Shown: positions 48,563-56,534, numbered from the stretch's first letter. The stretch is 64,000 nt of DNA from Candidatus Onthoplasma sp. (GCA_045633705.1 JAZQYV010000017.1:2916-66915); one strand, 5' to 3'. The notes: generated by a model from the letters alone, not told the origin. A program made the numbers and translations.

Positions 48563-49111
48563 TTAATTATATAATGTTATCTTTTTTAAATCATTTTCAT
48601 TAAATTTTTCAACCCAAATTATATCTTTTTTAAAGCTATATTCTTCATTGTTGTATAGGTTAATTATAATATATGGATATGCAGAAAGTTTGTTAAATTT
48701 TGTAATGTTTTTATCATCAATATAAGCAAAACATTTATGGCTATTGTTTACAATAAATTGACGTGTTAAAAATGTTTTTTCTTCCAAAGTTTGACTTTCG
48801 GCGTATATATAAATTAATTGCTCGTTTGCATATTTTTGTAATAATATTTGATATTGCTCGGGATTTTTAATTATATCAATATCGGTTAAAACTATTTTGA
48901 TGCTAATATTTTTACTTTTGTATCGTTTTTGTAAGTGTTTGCATGTTTTAAATGTAATATTGTCAAATTCATTGTTGGCACCAATTATAAAGGAGTTTAC
49001 TCCGTTGTGTATGGCATTTATGAAATGGCTTTCTAAATCTTTTTTTAGTATATTTGGTACAAATATTAAATTTTCATCACTTAAAACCCCATAACATTTT
49101 TCATTTAACAT
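48563..49111 (-). CDS. hypothetical protein (weak resemblance to YpsA/DUF1273 SLOG-type proteins)
   Basis: 182 aa; one of the few minus-strand genes; AAGGAGA RBS; strong own promoter. Confidence 0.5.
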   Translation of the reverse strand: MLNEKCYGVLSDENLIFVPNILKKDLESHFINAIHNGVNSFIIGANNEFDNITFKTCKHLQKRYKSKNISIKIVLTDIDIIKNPEQYQILLQKYANEQLIYIYAESQTLEEKTFLTRQFIVNNSHKCFAYIDDKNITKFNKLSAYPYIIINLYNNEEYSFKKDIIWVEKFNENDLKKITLYN

Positions 49112-49143
49112 AAATTTTTCTCCTTAAGTTTTAAAATCACCTA

Positions 49144-49188
49144 ATTGACTATAATTCAATTATAGCGAATGTCAGTCAATTAGTCAAT
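49144..49188. promoter_or_regulatory. candidate operator: inverted repeat plus palindrome in divergent promoter region
   Basis: ATTGACTA (49144-51) ... TAGTCAAT (49181-88); internal palindrome TATAATTcAATTATA (49150-64); direct GTCAAT repeats. Confidence 0.45.
49159..49187 (-). promoter_or_regulatory. sigma-70-type promoter for 48563-49111
   Basis: Minus strand reads TTGACT, 17 nt, TATAAT. Confidence 0.7.
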
Positions 49189-49228
49189 GAGTTTTTCGTA
49201 ATAAAATTTACATAGAAGGAGTTTTGTT

Positions 49229-49432
49229 ATGAAATTTGAAACTTTTGGTTTAAATGTTGCTAAACATAGGATAAAAAATAATTTATCTGCGTATGAATTA
49301 AGTTTAAGGTTAGGTAAAGATGCAAGTTATATAAACAAACTTGAAAATGCCAAAATAAACCCTAGCTTAAAAATGATGATAGCAATTAGTGAGAATTTAA
49401 AATTAAATATATGTGATTTATTTAAGGAATGA
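49229..49432 (+). CDS. XRE-family helix-turn-helix transcriptional regulator
   Basis: 67 aa; NLSAYELSLRLGKDASYINKLENAKINPSLKMMIAISENLKLNICDLF. Confidence 0.8.
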   Translation: MKFETFGLNVAKHRIKNNLSAYELSLRLGKDASYINKLENAKINPSLKMMIAISENLKLNICDLFKE

Positions 49433-49453
49433 AAACATATAGTATAATAGGGG

Positions 49454-49532
49454 CGGAGTCGGGAGCAAATTTTGCAAGCAAAATTTTGTATCGCGTAAGC
49501 GATTGGCAAGGCGGAGCCTTGCGCTCCCTCCG
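49454..49532 (+). ncRNA. candidate structured element E3 (four-way junction)
   Basis: Closing stem CGGA-(gtc)-GGGAGC / GCTCCC-TCCG. Hairpins 49467-49486 (AAATTTTGC..GCAAAATTT), 49490-49503 (ATCGC-gtaa-GCGAT) and 49506-49522 (GCAAGGC-gga-GCCTTGC). Confidence 0.45.
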
Positions 49533-49670
49533 TATTGTAAAATGATATATTTATTAGGTGTAGCAATGATATTGGATAGATTGAATTGTGGAGTAAAGCA
49601 ACAAATTGTTGCACTAAATTTTTGATTGTAGGAAAGTATCAACTGAATTTTGTAATTCAGGGAGATTTTA

Positions 49671-49718
49671 GTAACTATTTTTAAGTTATTGCACTTAAAA
49701 TAGTTGCTATTTTTTTTG
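49671..49718 (+). terminator. strong rho-independent terminator
   Basis: 14-bp stem GTAACTATTTTTAAG / CTTAAAATAGTTGC with one bulge, followed by TATTTTTTTT. Confidence 0.8.
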
Positions 49719-49786
49719 TTTTAATATATAATCCTTTTTGATAAATGTTTATTTATTAATATATTTTTATTTTAAGGAGATTTTAT

Positions 49787-50353
49787 ATGAACGAAATGGT
49801 AAATGAATATATGGAAAGCTATAAGCAAGACCTAAACAAGATTTTTGACAAACTTCAAGATGAGTTTGCAATGATACGTGTTGGCCGTGCTAATCCAAAG
49901 ATTGTTGAAAAGATTATGGTAGAATATTATGGTAGCCGTGTGCCACTATCTCAAGCTGCCAATATCAGTGTTCCAGAGGCAAGAATGTTGGTGGTAGCTC
50001 CTTGGGACGCAAGCTTGATTAAGGGCATTAAGTCATCTATTGATGAGGCAAACCTTGGGGTTAGTTGCAGCGATGACGGTCAAAAAATTCGTATCAACTT
50101 CCCACAACTTACTGAAGAACGTCGTGTGCAATACAGCAAGGAAGCAAAAAAGACATTGGAAAATTATAAGATTACAATGCGCAATGCACGCCGTGATGTG
50201 TTAGATATTCTTAAAGATATGAAAAAGGATTCAGAAATTAGCGAAGATGAATATAATACATTAGACAAAACTGTTCAAAAGCATTTGGACGAGGCAACAG
50301 CTAAAGCAGATGCTGCCTGCGAAAAGAAAGTTGCTGAAATTATGGAGGTTTAA
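49787..50353 (+). CDS. frr: ribosome recycling factor
   Basis: IRVGRANPKIVEKIMVEYYG, LTEERR, 188 aa. Confidence 0.95.
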   Translation: MNEMVNEYMESYKQDLNKIFDKLQDEFAMIRVGRANPKIVEKIMVEYYGSRVPLSQAANISVPEARMLVVAPWDASLIKGIKSSIDEANLGVSCSDDGQKIRINFPQLTEERRVQYSKEAKKTLENYKITMRNARRDVLDILKDMKKDSEISEDEYNTLDKTVQKHLDEATAKADAACEKKVAEIMEV

Positions 50354-50355
50354 TT

Positions 50356-51066
50356 TTGGAACTGGCCGAGCTGAAAGCAAACTATAAAATTCCAAACCAT
50401 ATATGCTTTATAATTGATGGAAATGGAAGATGGGCAAAACAAAGGCATTTGCCACGAAGTCAAGGGCATATCAAAGGCGCAGAAAAGATGGAAAAAATGT
50501 ATAGCATGGTGCGCGAAACGGGAATTAAATATATATCAATTTATGCATTTTCTACTGATAACTGGAACAGACCCAAAGAAGAGGTCGATGGTTTGATTAG
50601 GTTGTTTAGAAAGGCTATAAATACATTTAACCAAAAGAAATATAGTGATTGTCATATTGAGTTTTTGGGCGATTTAACTAGATTTGATAAGGATATACAA
50701 AATAGTGCCAAAGACATTATGAGAAGGACCGAACACAACGATAAATTTTATATAAACTTATGCTTGAATTATGGAGGAAGGGAAGATATCGTGCAAGCAG
50801 TAAACAAATTGATTGCTGAAGGCAAAACTGAAATTACAATGGCCGATATCAGTGCAAATTTGTATACTAAAAACTGTCCGGACCCGGATTTTATTGTACG
50901 AACAAGCGGCGAGCATAGGTTAAGCAATTTTATGCCATGGCAAAGCACATACGCCGAGCTGTATTTTCCAAAAGTGTTATGGCCAGATTTTGGCAAAAAT
51001 GATTTGATTGAAGCAATTAAAGAATATTCTTCACGCGATAGGCGATTTGGAGCAATTAAAGAATAG
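50356..51066 (+). CDS. uppS: isoprenyl transferase (undecaprenyl-diphosphate synthase)
   Basis: TTG start 6 nt after GGAGG; HICFIIDGNGRWAK, YAFSTDNWNRP, RTSGEHRLSNF. Confidence 0.95.
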   Translation: MELAELKANYKIPNHICFIIDGNGRWAKQRHLPRSQGHIKGAEKMEKMYSMVRETGIKYISIYAFSTDNWNRPKEEVDGLIRLFRKAINTFNQKKYSDCHIEFLGDLTRFDKDIQNSAKDIMRRTEHNDKFYINLCLNYGGREDIVQAVNKLIAEGKTEITMADISANLYTKNCPDPDFIVRTSGEHRLSNFMPWQSTYAELYFPKVLWPDFGKNDLIEAIKEYSSRDRRFGAIKE

Positions 51067-51084
51067 ATACAACCTTTGTTGTTA

Positions 51085-51137
51085 AATGAAAAACAAAGAA
51101 CTAAAAGTGAAAATTGAGGACGCTTTCGCATTATACT
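51085..51137 (+). repeat. intercistronic repeat R, copy 3
   Basis: AATGAAAAACAAAGAACTAAAAGTGAAAATTGAGGACGCTTTCGCATTATACTG; hairpin 51107-51129. Confidence 0.6.
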
Positions 51138-51179
51138 GATAATATAAAAGCGCAAACAAGCGATTATTAAGGAGTAATT

Positions 51180-52079
51180 ATGAAAAAAAGAGCAATTTCC
51201 AGCATATTTATTATGCTTGCAATAATTTTGGCAATTGCATCAAAATTTTTAATGGCGGAAATATTTGATATATTTGTAGCCGTTGTTGGTATCGTTGGAG
51301 CAGTAGAGATGTGCAACATTATGGACAAGCGTGGGATTAAAGTTAGCAGATTTTTAAGTAGTATGTTTATAGTGGCCCTATATCTAGCTATAACTATTGC
51401 TATTAATACAACAGTAGAATTGCATATTGCATTGCTATATATGCTAGATGCATTTATTATTTACAGTTTTGTAATATTTGTATATGAGACAATTATTACC
51501 AAGGAAGATAGATTTACAGAGGCTATGAGGGTAACACTAAACTCATTAAAGGTTATGGTTTATCCAGGCTTGTTGTTATCGGTGTTCTTTATTATAAATC
51601 ACATTGAAGTATTTAGTACGGTGGCGGTTACTGTGCCATATTTGTCATTTATTTTGATTGTGTTTATATGGGGCATAGCGCTACTTAGCGATACATTTGC
51701 ATATCTTGTTGGCTCTACTTTACGTGGACCAAAACTTTGTCCTAAAATTAGCCCTAATAAAAGTTGGAGCGGGGCAATTGGTGGCGTGATTGGTGGTGTA
51801 TTGATGGGTGTTATAACCTATTTGATTATTAAGAACGTGCCAAGTATGAGTGCCATTTTAACTAGCACCGATATTAATCTTGCATGGTTGATGGTGTTGG
51901 GCGGATTAGGTTCTGCAGTAAGCCAAGTGGGTGACATATTTGAAAGTTGGTTAAAGCGTAGAGCGGGTGTTAAGGATTCGGGCAACTTTATGCCTGGTCA
52001 TGGCGGCATGCTTGACCGAGTAGATGCATTAATGTTCTGTTTGGTGTTTGTGGGCGGAATATTATTATTCTTAATTTAA
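51180..52079 (+). CDS. cdsA: phosphatidate cytidylyltransferase
   Basis: SDTFAYLVG, KRRAGVKDSGNFMPGHGGMLDRVD. Confidence 0.88.
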   Translation: MKKRAISSIFIMLAIILAIASKFLMAEIFDIFVAVVGIVGAVEMCNIMDKRGIKVSRFLSSMFIVALYLAITIAINTTVELHIALLYMLDAFIIYSFVIFVYETIITKEDRFTEAMRVTLNSLKVMVYPGLLLSVFFIINHIEVFSTVAVTVPYLSFILIVFIWGIALLSDTFAYLVGSTLRGPKLCPKISPNKSWSGAIGGVIGGVLMGVITYLIIKNVPSMSAILTSTDINLAWLMVLGGLGSAVSQVGDIFESWLKRRAGVKDSGNFMPGHGGMLDRVDALMFCLVFVGGILLFLI

Positions 52080-52097
52080 TAAAAAATAGGCGATGTG

Positions 52098-52168
52098 GGA
52101 CAAAGCGTGCGGCAATGCCGCACAAAATGCTGGCGCATTTAAATAGGCGTGTAGCCTTTGCTTTGTCC
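52098..52168 (+). ncRNA. candidate structured element E2 (four-way junction)
   Basis: 9-bp closing stem GGACAAAGC/GCTTTGTCC. Hairpins GTGCGGC-aat-GCCGCAC (52107-23), AAATGC-tggc-GCATTT (52125-40), AGGC-gtgta-GCCT (52145-57). Confidence 0.45.
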
Positions 52169-52239
52169 TTTATTATAAATAAGCAAAATTGTTCATATAA
52201 TTGGACAACTTTGTAATATAATAATATAAAGGAGTAAAC

Positions 52240-53367
52240 GTGAATTATTTATTATCAATAGGCTCGGTATTATCATATGGTTGGTATATTTTAGTAGCAA
52301 TTCTAGCATTGCTTTTGATGGTGATGATACACGAGTTTGGACACTATATTGCAGGGAAAATTTTAGGCTTTAAAATTAACGAATTTTCAGTTGGTTTTGG
52401 CCCTAAAATATTTCAAAAAAAGAAGAAAAATGGTGAAGTTTTTAGTCTTCGTACAATTCCATTAGGTGGTTATTGTGCATTTGATGGGGAGGACGAAAAA
52501 AGTGATAGCCCAACAGCATTTAATAATCAAAAAGCTTGGAAGCGTTTGATAGTTCTATTTATGGGTGCATTCTTTAACTTCCTATCAGCAATAATATTTT
52601 CATATATCTTGTTGGTAAGTTGTGGTTACGAGCACGTGCAAGTTAAAACTATGCAAAACACATCATTTCAATACCAGGTAGAAAACCACCTTGAAGTTGA
52701 TGACCGCATTTATGGTATTAATGGTACCGAATTTGATTTTGTATCAGATGATTATTTCAATAGCTTACTTGGAGATTATGTGCGTAATAATTTGGACTTT
52801 GAAGAGGACGGCTGGACAAGCGAGGGGGTACAATATAGCACAATACCACTAAATGTTGAACGTGATGGACAGAAGATTGTGGTTGATGGTGTGTTGCAAA
52901 AACAAGTTGTTGATGATGAAGAAGTTTGGAGTTTTGTATCAGTTGATGGGAACGAATTTCAACTTAAAACTTATCGTCATGGCTTTGTAGAAGCAATAGG
53001 TGAAAGCTTTACGTTTACTTGCCGTTGGGCTGTAAAAATTATGATAATACTGGGTGATTTATTTACCGGTCAATTATCAATAAAATCATTAGGTGGGCCA
53101 GTAACAACAATTAAGGTTATGGCAGAAACCACACAACAAAGTTATAGCTACTTACTACTATTGTTGCCAGTAATTGCAGTAAATTTGGCGGTATTTAATC
53201 TACTTCCAATACCTAGCTTGGATGGTGCGCGTATGGTGTTTGTTGGTATTGAAATGGTTAGACGTAAACCAATCAATCGTGATGTTGAAGCATATATTCA
53301 TGGATTTGGATTATTGTTACTGCTAGGATTTGTGGTAGTGGTAGACATTTTGCAGTTTGTCCTGTAA
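52240..53367 (+). CDS. rseP: RIP metalloprotease RseP (M50)
   Basis: GTG start 5 nt after AAAGGAG; HEFGHY in TM1, NLLPIPSLDGARM near C-terminus. Confidence 0.85.
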   Translation: MNYLLSIGSVLSYGWYILVAILALLLMVMIHEFGHYIAGKILGFKINEFSVGFGPKIFQKKKKNGEVFSLRTIPLGGYCAFDGEDEKSDSPTAFNNQKAWKRLIVLFMGAFFNFLSAIIFSYILLVSCGYEHVQVKTMQNTSFQYQVENHLEVDDRIYGINGTEFDFVSDDYFNSLLGDYVRNNLDFEEDGWTSEGVQYSTIPLNVERDGQKIVVDGVLQKQVVDDEEVWSFVSVDGNEFQLKTYRHGFVEAIGESFTFTCRWAVKIMIILGDLFTGQLSIKSLGGPVTTIKVMAETTQQSYSYLLLLLPVIAVNLAVFNLLPIPSLDGARMVFVGIEMVRRKPINRDVEAYIHGFGLLLLLGFVVVVDILQFVL

Positions 53368-53451
53368 GTGTAGTGTATTTAAATAAATAAAGAAATATAG
53401 CCATATATCTTGTACAACGTAATGGTATAACGATGCTGTAGGTGTAAAATA

Positions 53452-53485
53452 AAAACAAAGTGTAAAAAATGCACTTTGTTTTTGA
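53452..53485 (+). terminator. rho-independent terminator
   Basis: AAAACAAAGTG-loop-CACTTTGTTTT. Confidence 0.8.
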
Positions 53486-53493
53486 TTTAATTG

Positions 53494-53522
53494 TTGACAA
53501 TATGCGGCACTTATGTTAAATT
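53494..53522 (+). promoter_or_regulatory. sigma-70-type promoter with extended -10
   Basis: TTGACA, 17 nt, TGtTAAATT. Confidence 0.6.
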
Positions 53523-53540
53523 AGAAATAGGAGAAATATT

Positions 53541-53915
53541 ATGGAAGACACATTAATTGGAAGAATAATTAAAATTATATCACTTAACAAAGAACTATCA
53601 CAGATTAACAGAGATGTAAATAAATTGATTAAGTTAAGGAAATCAACCATTTTTAGCAAACAAGTTGATGAATATGGCGGGTTCTTAAAAATAAGTGCAT
53701 CCAGCACTGATATTGAAGAGATGAAAAAGATTGAAGAAGTGTTATTGTGTGTTGATAAAAAATTTCGCTATTATATGAAATGTCATTGGAAAACAATTGC
53801 CATGAATTCATCATTGGTTAAACCTGCACTAAAGATATCAAACAAAATAAATAATGAAAAAAGGTTCTACAAAATGTCGATATCGTATGAACCCATCAAT
53901 AATAAAAATAAGTAA
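53541..53915 (+). CDS. hypothetical protein
   Basis: 124 aa; TAGGAGA RBS; own promoter and terminator. Confidence 0.55.
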   Translation: MEDTLIGRIIKIISLNKELSQINRDVNKLIKLRKSTIFSKQVDEYGGFLKISASSTDIEEMKKIEEVLLCVDKKFRYYMKCHWKTIAMNSSLVKPALKISNKINNEKRFYKMSISYEPINNKNK

Positions 53916-53930
53916 TGATAAAAATTGTTA

Positions 53931-53960
53931 AATCAAGAGAAATTAATCTCTTGATTTTTT
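53931..53960 (+). terminator. rho-independent terminator
   Basis: AATCAAGAGA-aattaa-TCTCTTGATT followed by TTTT. Confidence 0.85.
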
Positions 53961-53969
53961 ATTATGTAA

Positions 53970-53997
53970 TTGACAAAGTTTAAATTTTTGATATAAT
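53970..53997 (+). promoter_or_regulatory. sigma-70-type promoter with extended -10
   Basis: TTGACA, 16 nt, TGaTATAAT. Confidence 0.7.
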
Positions 53998-54003
53998 ATT
54001 ATT

Positions 54004-54459
54004 ATGAATAATTTAAGATTAAGGAATAACAATCCTACCGAAGAAAATGTATTGAAAATCATCAACCACATAAAAGACATTGAAACTGAAAGAGGTTTGA
54101 CCAAAGATGAAATAGAGTATAAATATACACAGGGTCATTGTTCTTCATTGGTGGAAATGGTACAACATTTTTTACCCAGTGTTAGGCCAATATGGTTTTG
54201 GAATTATGAGGAGTGTTCGCATTATTGTTTAGCTATTGAAAATCCGGATAAAAATAGTGGTAAATATTTAGATTTGGATTATTTTGATATTAATGGTAAA
54301 AAGAGTTATAAGCAAATAACTGATTGGATGTACGAATACTTTGGTTTGAATATAAAGTGTTTTAATGTGGGAGAAGAGTCACCAAGTAGATCGAACGAAA
54401 TAAAGGAAGATGTATATAATTCGATTGTTATTGAAAACGAACAAGTTTTGCAAATGTAA
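54004..54459 (+). CDS. hypothetical protein
   Basis: 151 aa; very short leader after the promoter; no motif recognised. Confidence 0.5.
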   Translation: MNNLRLRNNNPTEENVLKIINHIKDIETERGLTKDEIEYKYTQGHCSSLVEMVQHFLPSVRPIWFWNYEECSHYCLAIENPDKNSGKYLDLDYFDINGKKSYKQITDWMYEYFGLNIKCFNVGEESPSRSNEIKEDVYNSIVIENEQVLQM

Positions 54460-54485
54460 AACTTAATAAAAACATAAGGAAGATT

Positions 54486-56015
54486 ATGAATATATTACAA
54501 CAAATTGAAAGTTATGAAGGGCTAAAACTTAAGGATATAGTGTTTAATAAGGGAGTGCGCAAACTTACTGCCACATTTTTGTATAACCCAAGTATTTTTG
54601 TGGTGGCGGATAAGGTGGAAGAAATTGAAAGTTTGCTTAAGTCCACTGTGCCTAGCGATGTGGTGGTCGAAACCAAGTTTAATCGCAGCAGTTTAGATAA
54701 AGCTACCATTGCAATGTTTATATTAAACACAATGACAAACAACTTTCCAAGCATGGCAAAAAACTTTTCGTTAGATGATATAAAACTTACTATTGATAGT
54801 ATGCAGATTTTAGTGGATTTATATATAGATGCAGGAGTGTATGAATTTAGCGCAAAAGCAGGTCGAGAAGACGATATTATAAATAAACTGCAAGAAAACT
54901 TTTTTGGCAGTTTTAAAGTAATTTTACACAAGAAGGAAGACTTTGTTGGTGGTAGTGTAGATGCCATTGCCGACACTAAAGAATTTCAAGATAGTATTAA
55001 ATTGCTAGATAATAAAGTATTTTACAAGATAACTAATGTAAATCATATTGTTGGAAAAGTAGAGTATAATATGGCACTTGATTTTAGTAAGGTACAAGAG
55101 CCAATTAGCAACTGTGTTATTTGTGGTACGATTACAAGGCTAGAAAAGCGTACCTACATGCGAAAATCTACACGCAATGGTCGCACAACCGAGCAAGAGC
55201 ACGTATTTTATACATTTTCACTAATGAATGACGGCAAATATTTAAGTGGTTCGATTTTTCCGCGTGTTGCGGAAGAAAAGAAGGTGGAAGTGGTAGAGGT
55301 TGGGCGCAAGGTGGCTATGAGTGGTAAGTTTGATAATTATAAAGGCAGACTTAACTTTACTGCTGACACTTTATGTGTGTGTGATTTTGAAAAATACGTA
55401 CCACCTGTTAAATATAAGCATGTAAATCAAAGCTATCACACAATAAAACCAGAGCCTTATGAGGACTTTGAGCAAAGCAATATGTTTGGCGAGATTAATG
55501 AGGGAGTATCTGCAGACGCATTAGATAGTGATTTTGTAGTGTTTGACTTTGAAACCACGGGCTTAGAAAGTAGTAAAGATGAAATTATTGAAATTGGTGC
55601 CGTAAAGATTTCTAAAGGCAAAATTATATCAACATTTTCAACATTTATTAAGCCAAGCGTACCAATACCGGCAGAAATCACTGAACTTACTAACATTACC
55701 GAAGATATGGTGGCGGATGCACCAGCAATTAACTATGTGTTGCCGGACTTTTATAAGTACTGCTATGGTTGTGGTTTGGTGGCGCACAATATAGCATTTG
55801 ACTATGGATTTTTAAATGCTATTGCTAAAAAGATGCAGTATAATTTTGACAATCCTCAATATGATACCATGATATTGGGTAGAAACAAGTTAAAGGGACT
55901 AAAGAACTATAAACTGGGCACAATTTGCGAATATTTAGGTGTGTCATTAGTTGGCGCACACCGTGCAGTAAACGACTGTTTGGCTACCGCAAAAGTATTT
56001 TTGAAGTTAATTTAA
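54486..56015 (+). CDS. PolC-like N-terminal region + OB fold + DEDDh 3'-5' exonuclease, no PHP or polymerase domains
   Basis: Exo I FVVFDFETTGL, Exo II AHNIAFDYGFL, Exo III GAHRAVNDCLATAKVF. Preceding OB-like segment VICGTITRLEKRTY...FYTFSLMNDGKYLSGSIFPR. Sits between rseP and rimP, where Firmicutes carry polC. Confidence 0.75.
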   Translation: MNILQQIESYEGLKLKDIVFNKGVRKLTATFLYNPSIFVVADKVEEIESLLKSTVPSDVVVETKFNRSSLDKATIAMFILNTMTNNFPSMAKNFSLDDIKLTIDSMQILVDLYIDAGVYEFSAKAGREDDIINKLQENFFGSFKVILHKKEDFVGGSVDAIADTKEFQDSIKLLDNKVFYKITNVNHIVGKVEYNMALDFSKVQEPISNCVICGTITRLEKRTYMRKSTRNGRTTEQEHVFYTFSLMNDGKYLSGSIFPRVAEEKKVEVVEVGRKVAMSGKFDNYKGRLNFTADTLCVCDFEKYVPPVKYKHVNQSYHTIKPEPYEDFEQSNMFGEINEGVSADALDSDFVVFDFETTGLESSKDEIIEIGAVKISKGKIISTFSTFIKPSVPIPAEITELTNITEDMVADAPAINYVLPDFYKYCYGCGLVAHNIAFDYGFLNAIAKKMQYNFDNPQYDTMILGRNKLKGLKNYKLGTICEYLGVSLVGAHRAVNDCLATAKVFLKLI

Positions 56016-56020
56016 TATAT

Positions 56021-56050
56021 AAAACTCTGTTTTACATTGCAGAGTTTTTT
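56021..56050 (+). terminator. rho-independent terminator
   Basis: AAAACTCTG-loop-CAGAGTTTT. Confidence 0.8.
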
Positions 56051-56079
56051 AATTGTTGTATAATATTTATGATTATTGT

Positions 56080-56108
56080 TTGACAGGTATGTTAAAATAT
56101 GATAATAT
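56080..56108 (+). promoter_or_regulatory. sigma-70-type promoter
   Basis: TTGACA, 17 nt, TAATAT. Confidence 0.6.
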
Positions 56109-56130
56109 GCAAAATATAAGGAGAACTAAT

Positions 56131-56418
56131 ATGCAGATACAACTAAAAAACAAAAAATACGAGCACGTGATTGAAGATAAATGTGCCGCAGCGGATAGAT
56201 TGATAGCTAAAATGTTGAGGTTTGGATATCTAAAACACCAAATTATGCGTGATGCAACAAATAAGGCAACTATTGTGTGTGAGAATTTTGGAACACTAAA
56301 TATAACCAAGCAGCAGGCAAAAGCATTAAGAAAAATAGCTGATGAAAAAGTTAAAGAATTGATTATGAAAGATGTTAAAGAAGGCGTAGATGTGGAATTT
56401 ATGTTTTCGGTTAAATAA
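56131..56418 (+). CDS. hypothetical small protein
   Basis: 95 aa from ATG 56131 behind AAGGAGA (track opens at 56053, inside the promoter). Confidence 0.5.
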   Translation: MQIQLKNKKYEHVIEDKCAAADRLIAKMLRFGYLKHQIMRDATNKATIVCENFGTLNITKQQAKALRKIADEKVKELIMKDVKEGVDVEFMFSVK

Positions 56419-56534
56419 CATAAATACAAATTTTTAGTCAAAATAATATAAGGCGATAAAAATAAATAACTGCATTAAAACTTTGTAAATTTTGTAGGAA
56501 TTTGTTAAAGAATTATGTAACAAAAGGAGAAGAT

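Noticed and set aside
49542-49625. A 27-codon plus-strand ORF (MIYLLGVAMILDRLNCGVKQQIVALNF) in the same gap.
   Set aside because: It has no Shine-Dalgarno sequence, and it overlaps predicted hairpins.
49441-49718. SRP RNA, tmRNA, 6S RNA or a T-box in the XRE-frr gap.
   Set aside because: The region lacks the SRP domain-IV motif, the tmRNA 5' GGGG...UUCGAC and tag ORF, a 6S central bubble architecture of suitable length, and the T-box consensus sequence.
52098-52168. The E elements read as MITEs, with the 9-bp closing stem serving as terminal inverted repeats.
   Set aside because: I could see no flanking direct target-site duplication at any of the three copies, and no transposase in the window. 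This is kept only as an alternative to test, not as a call.
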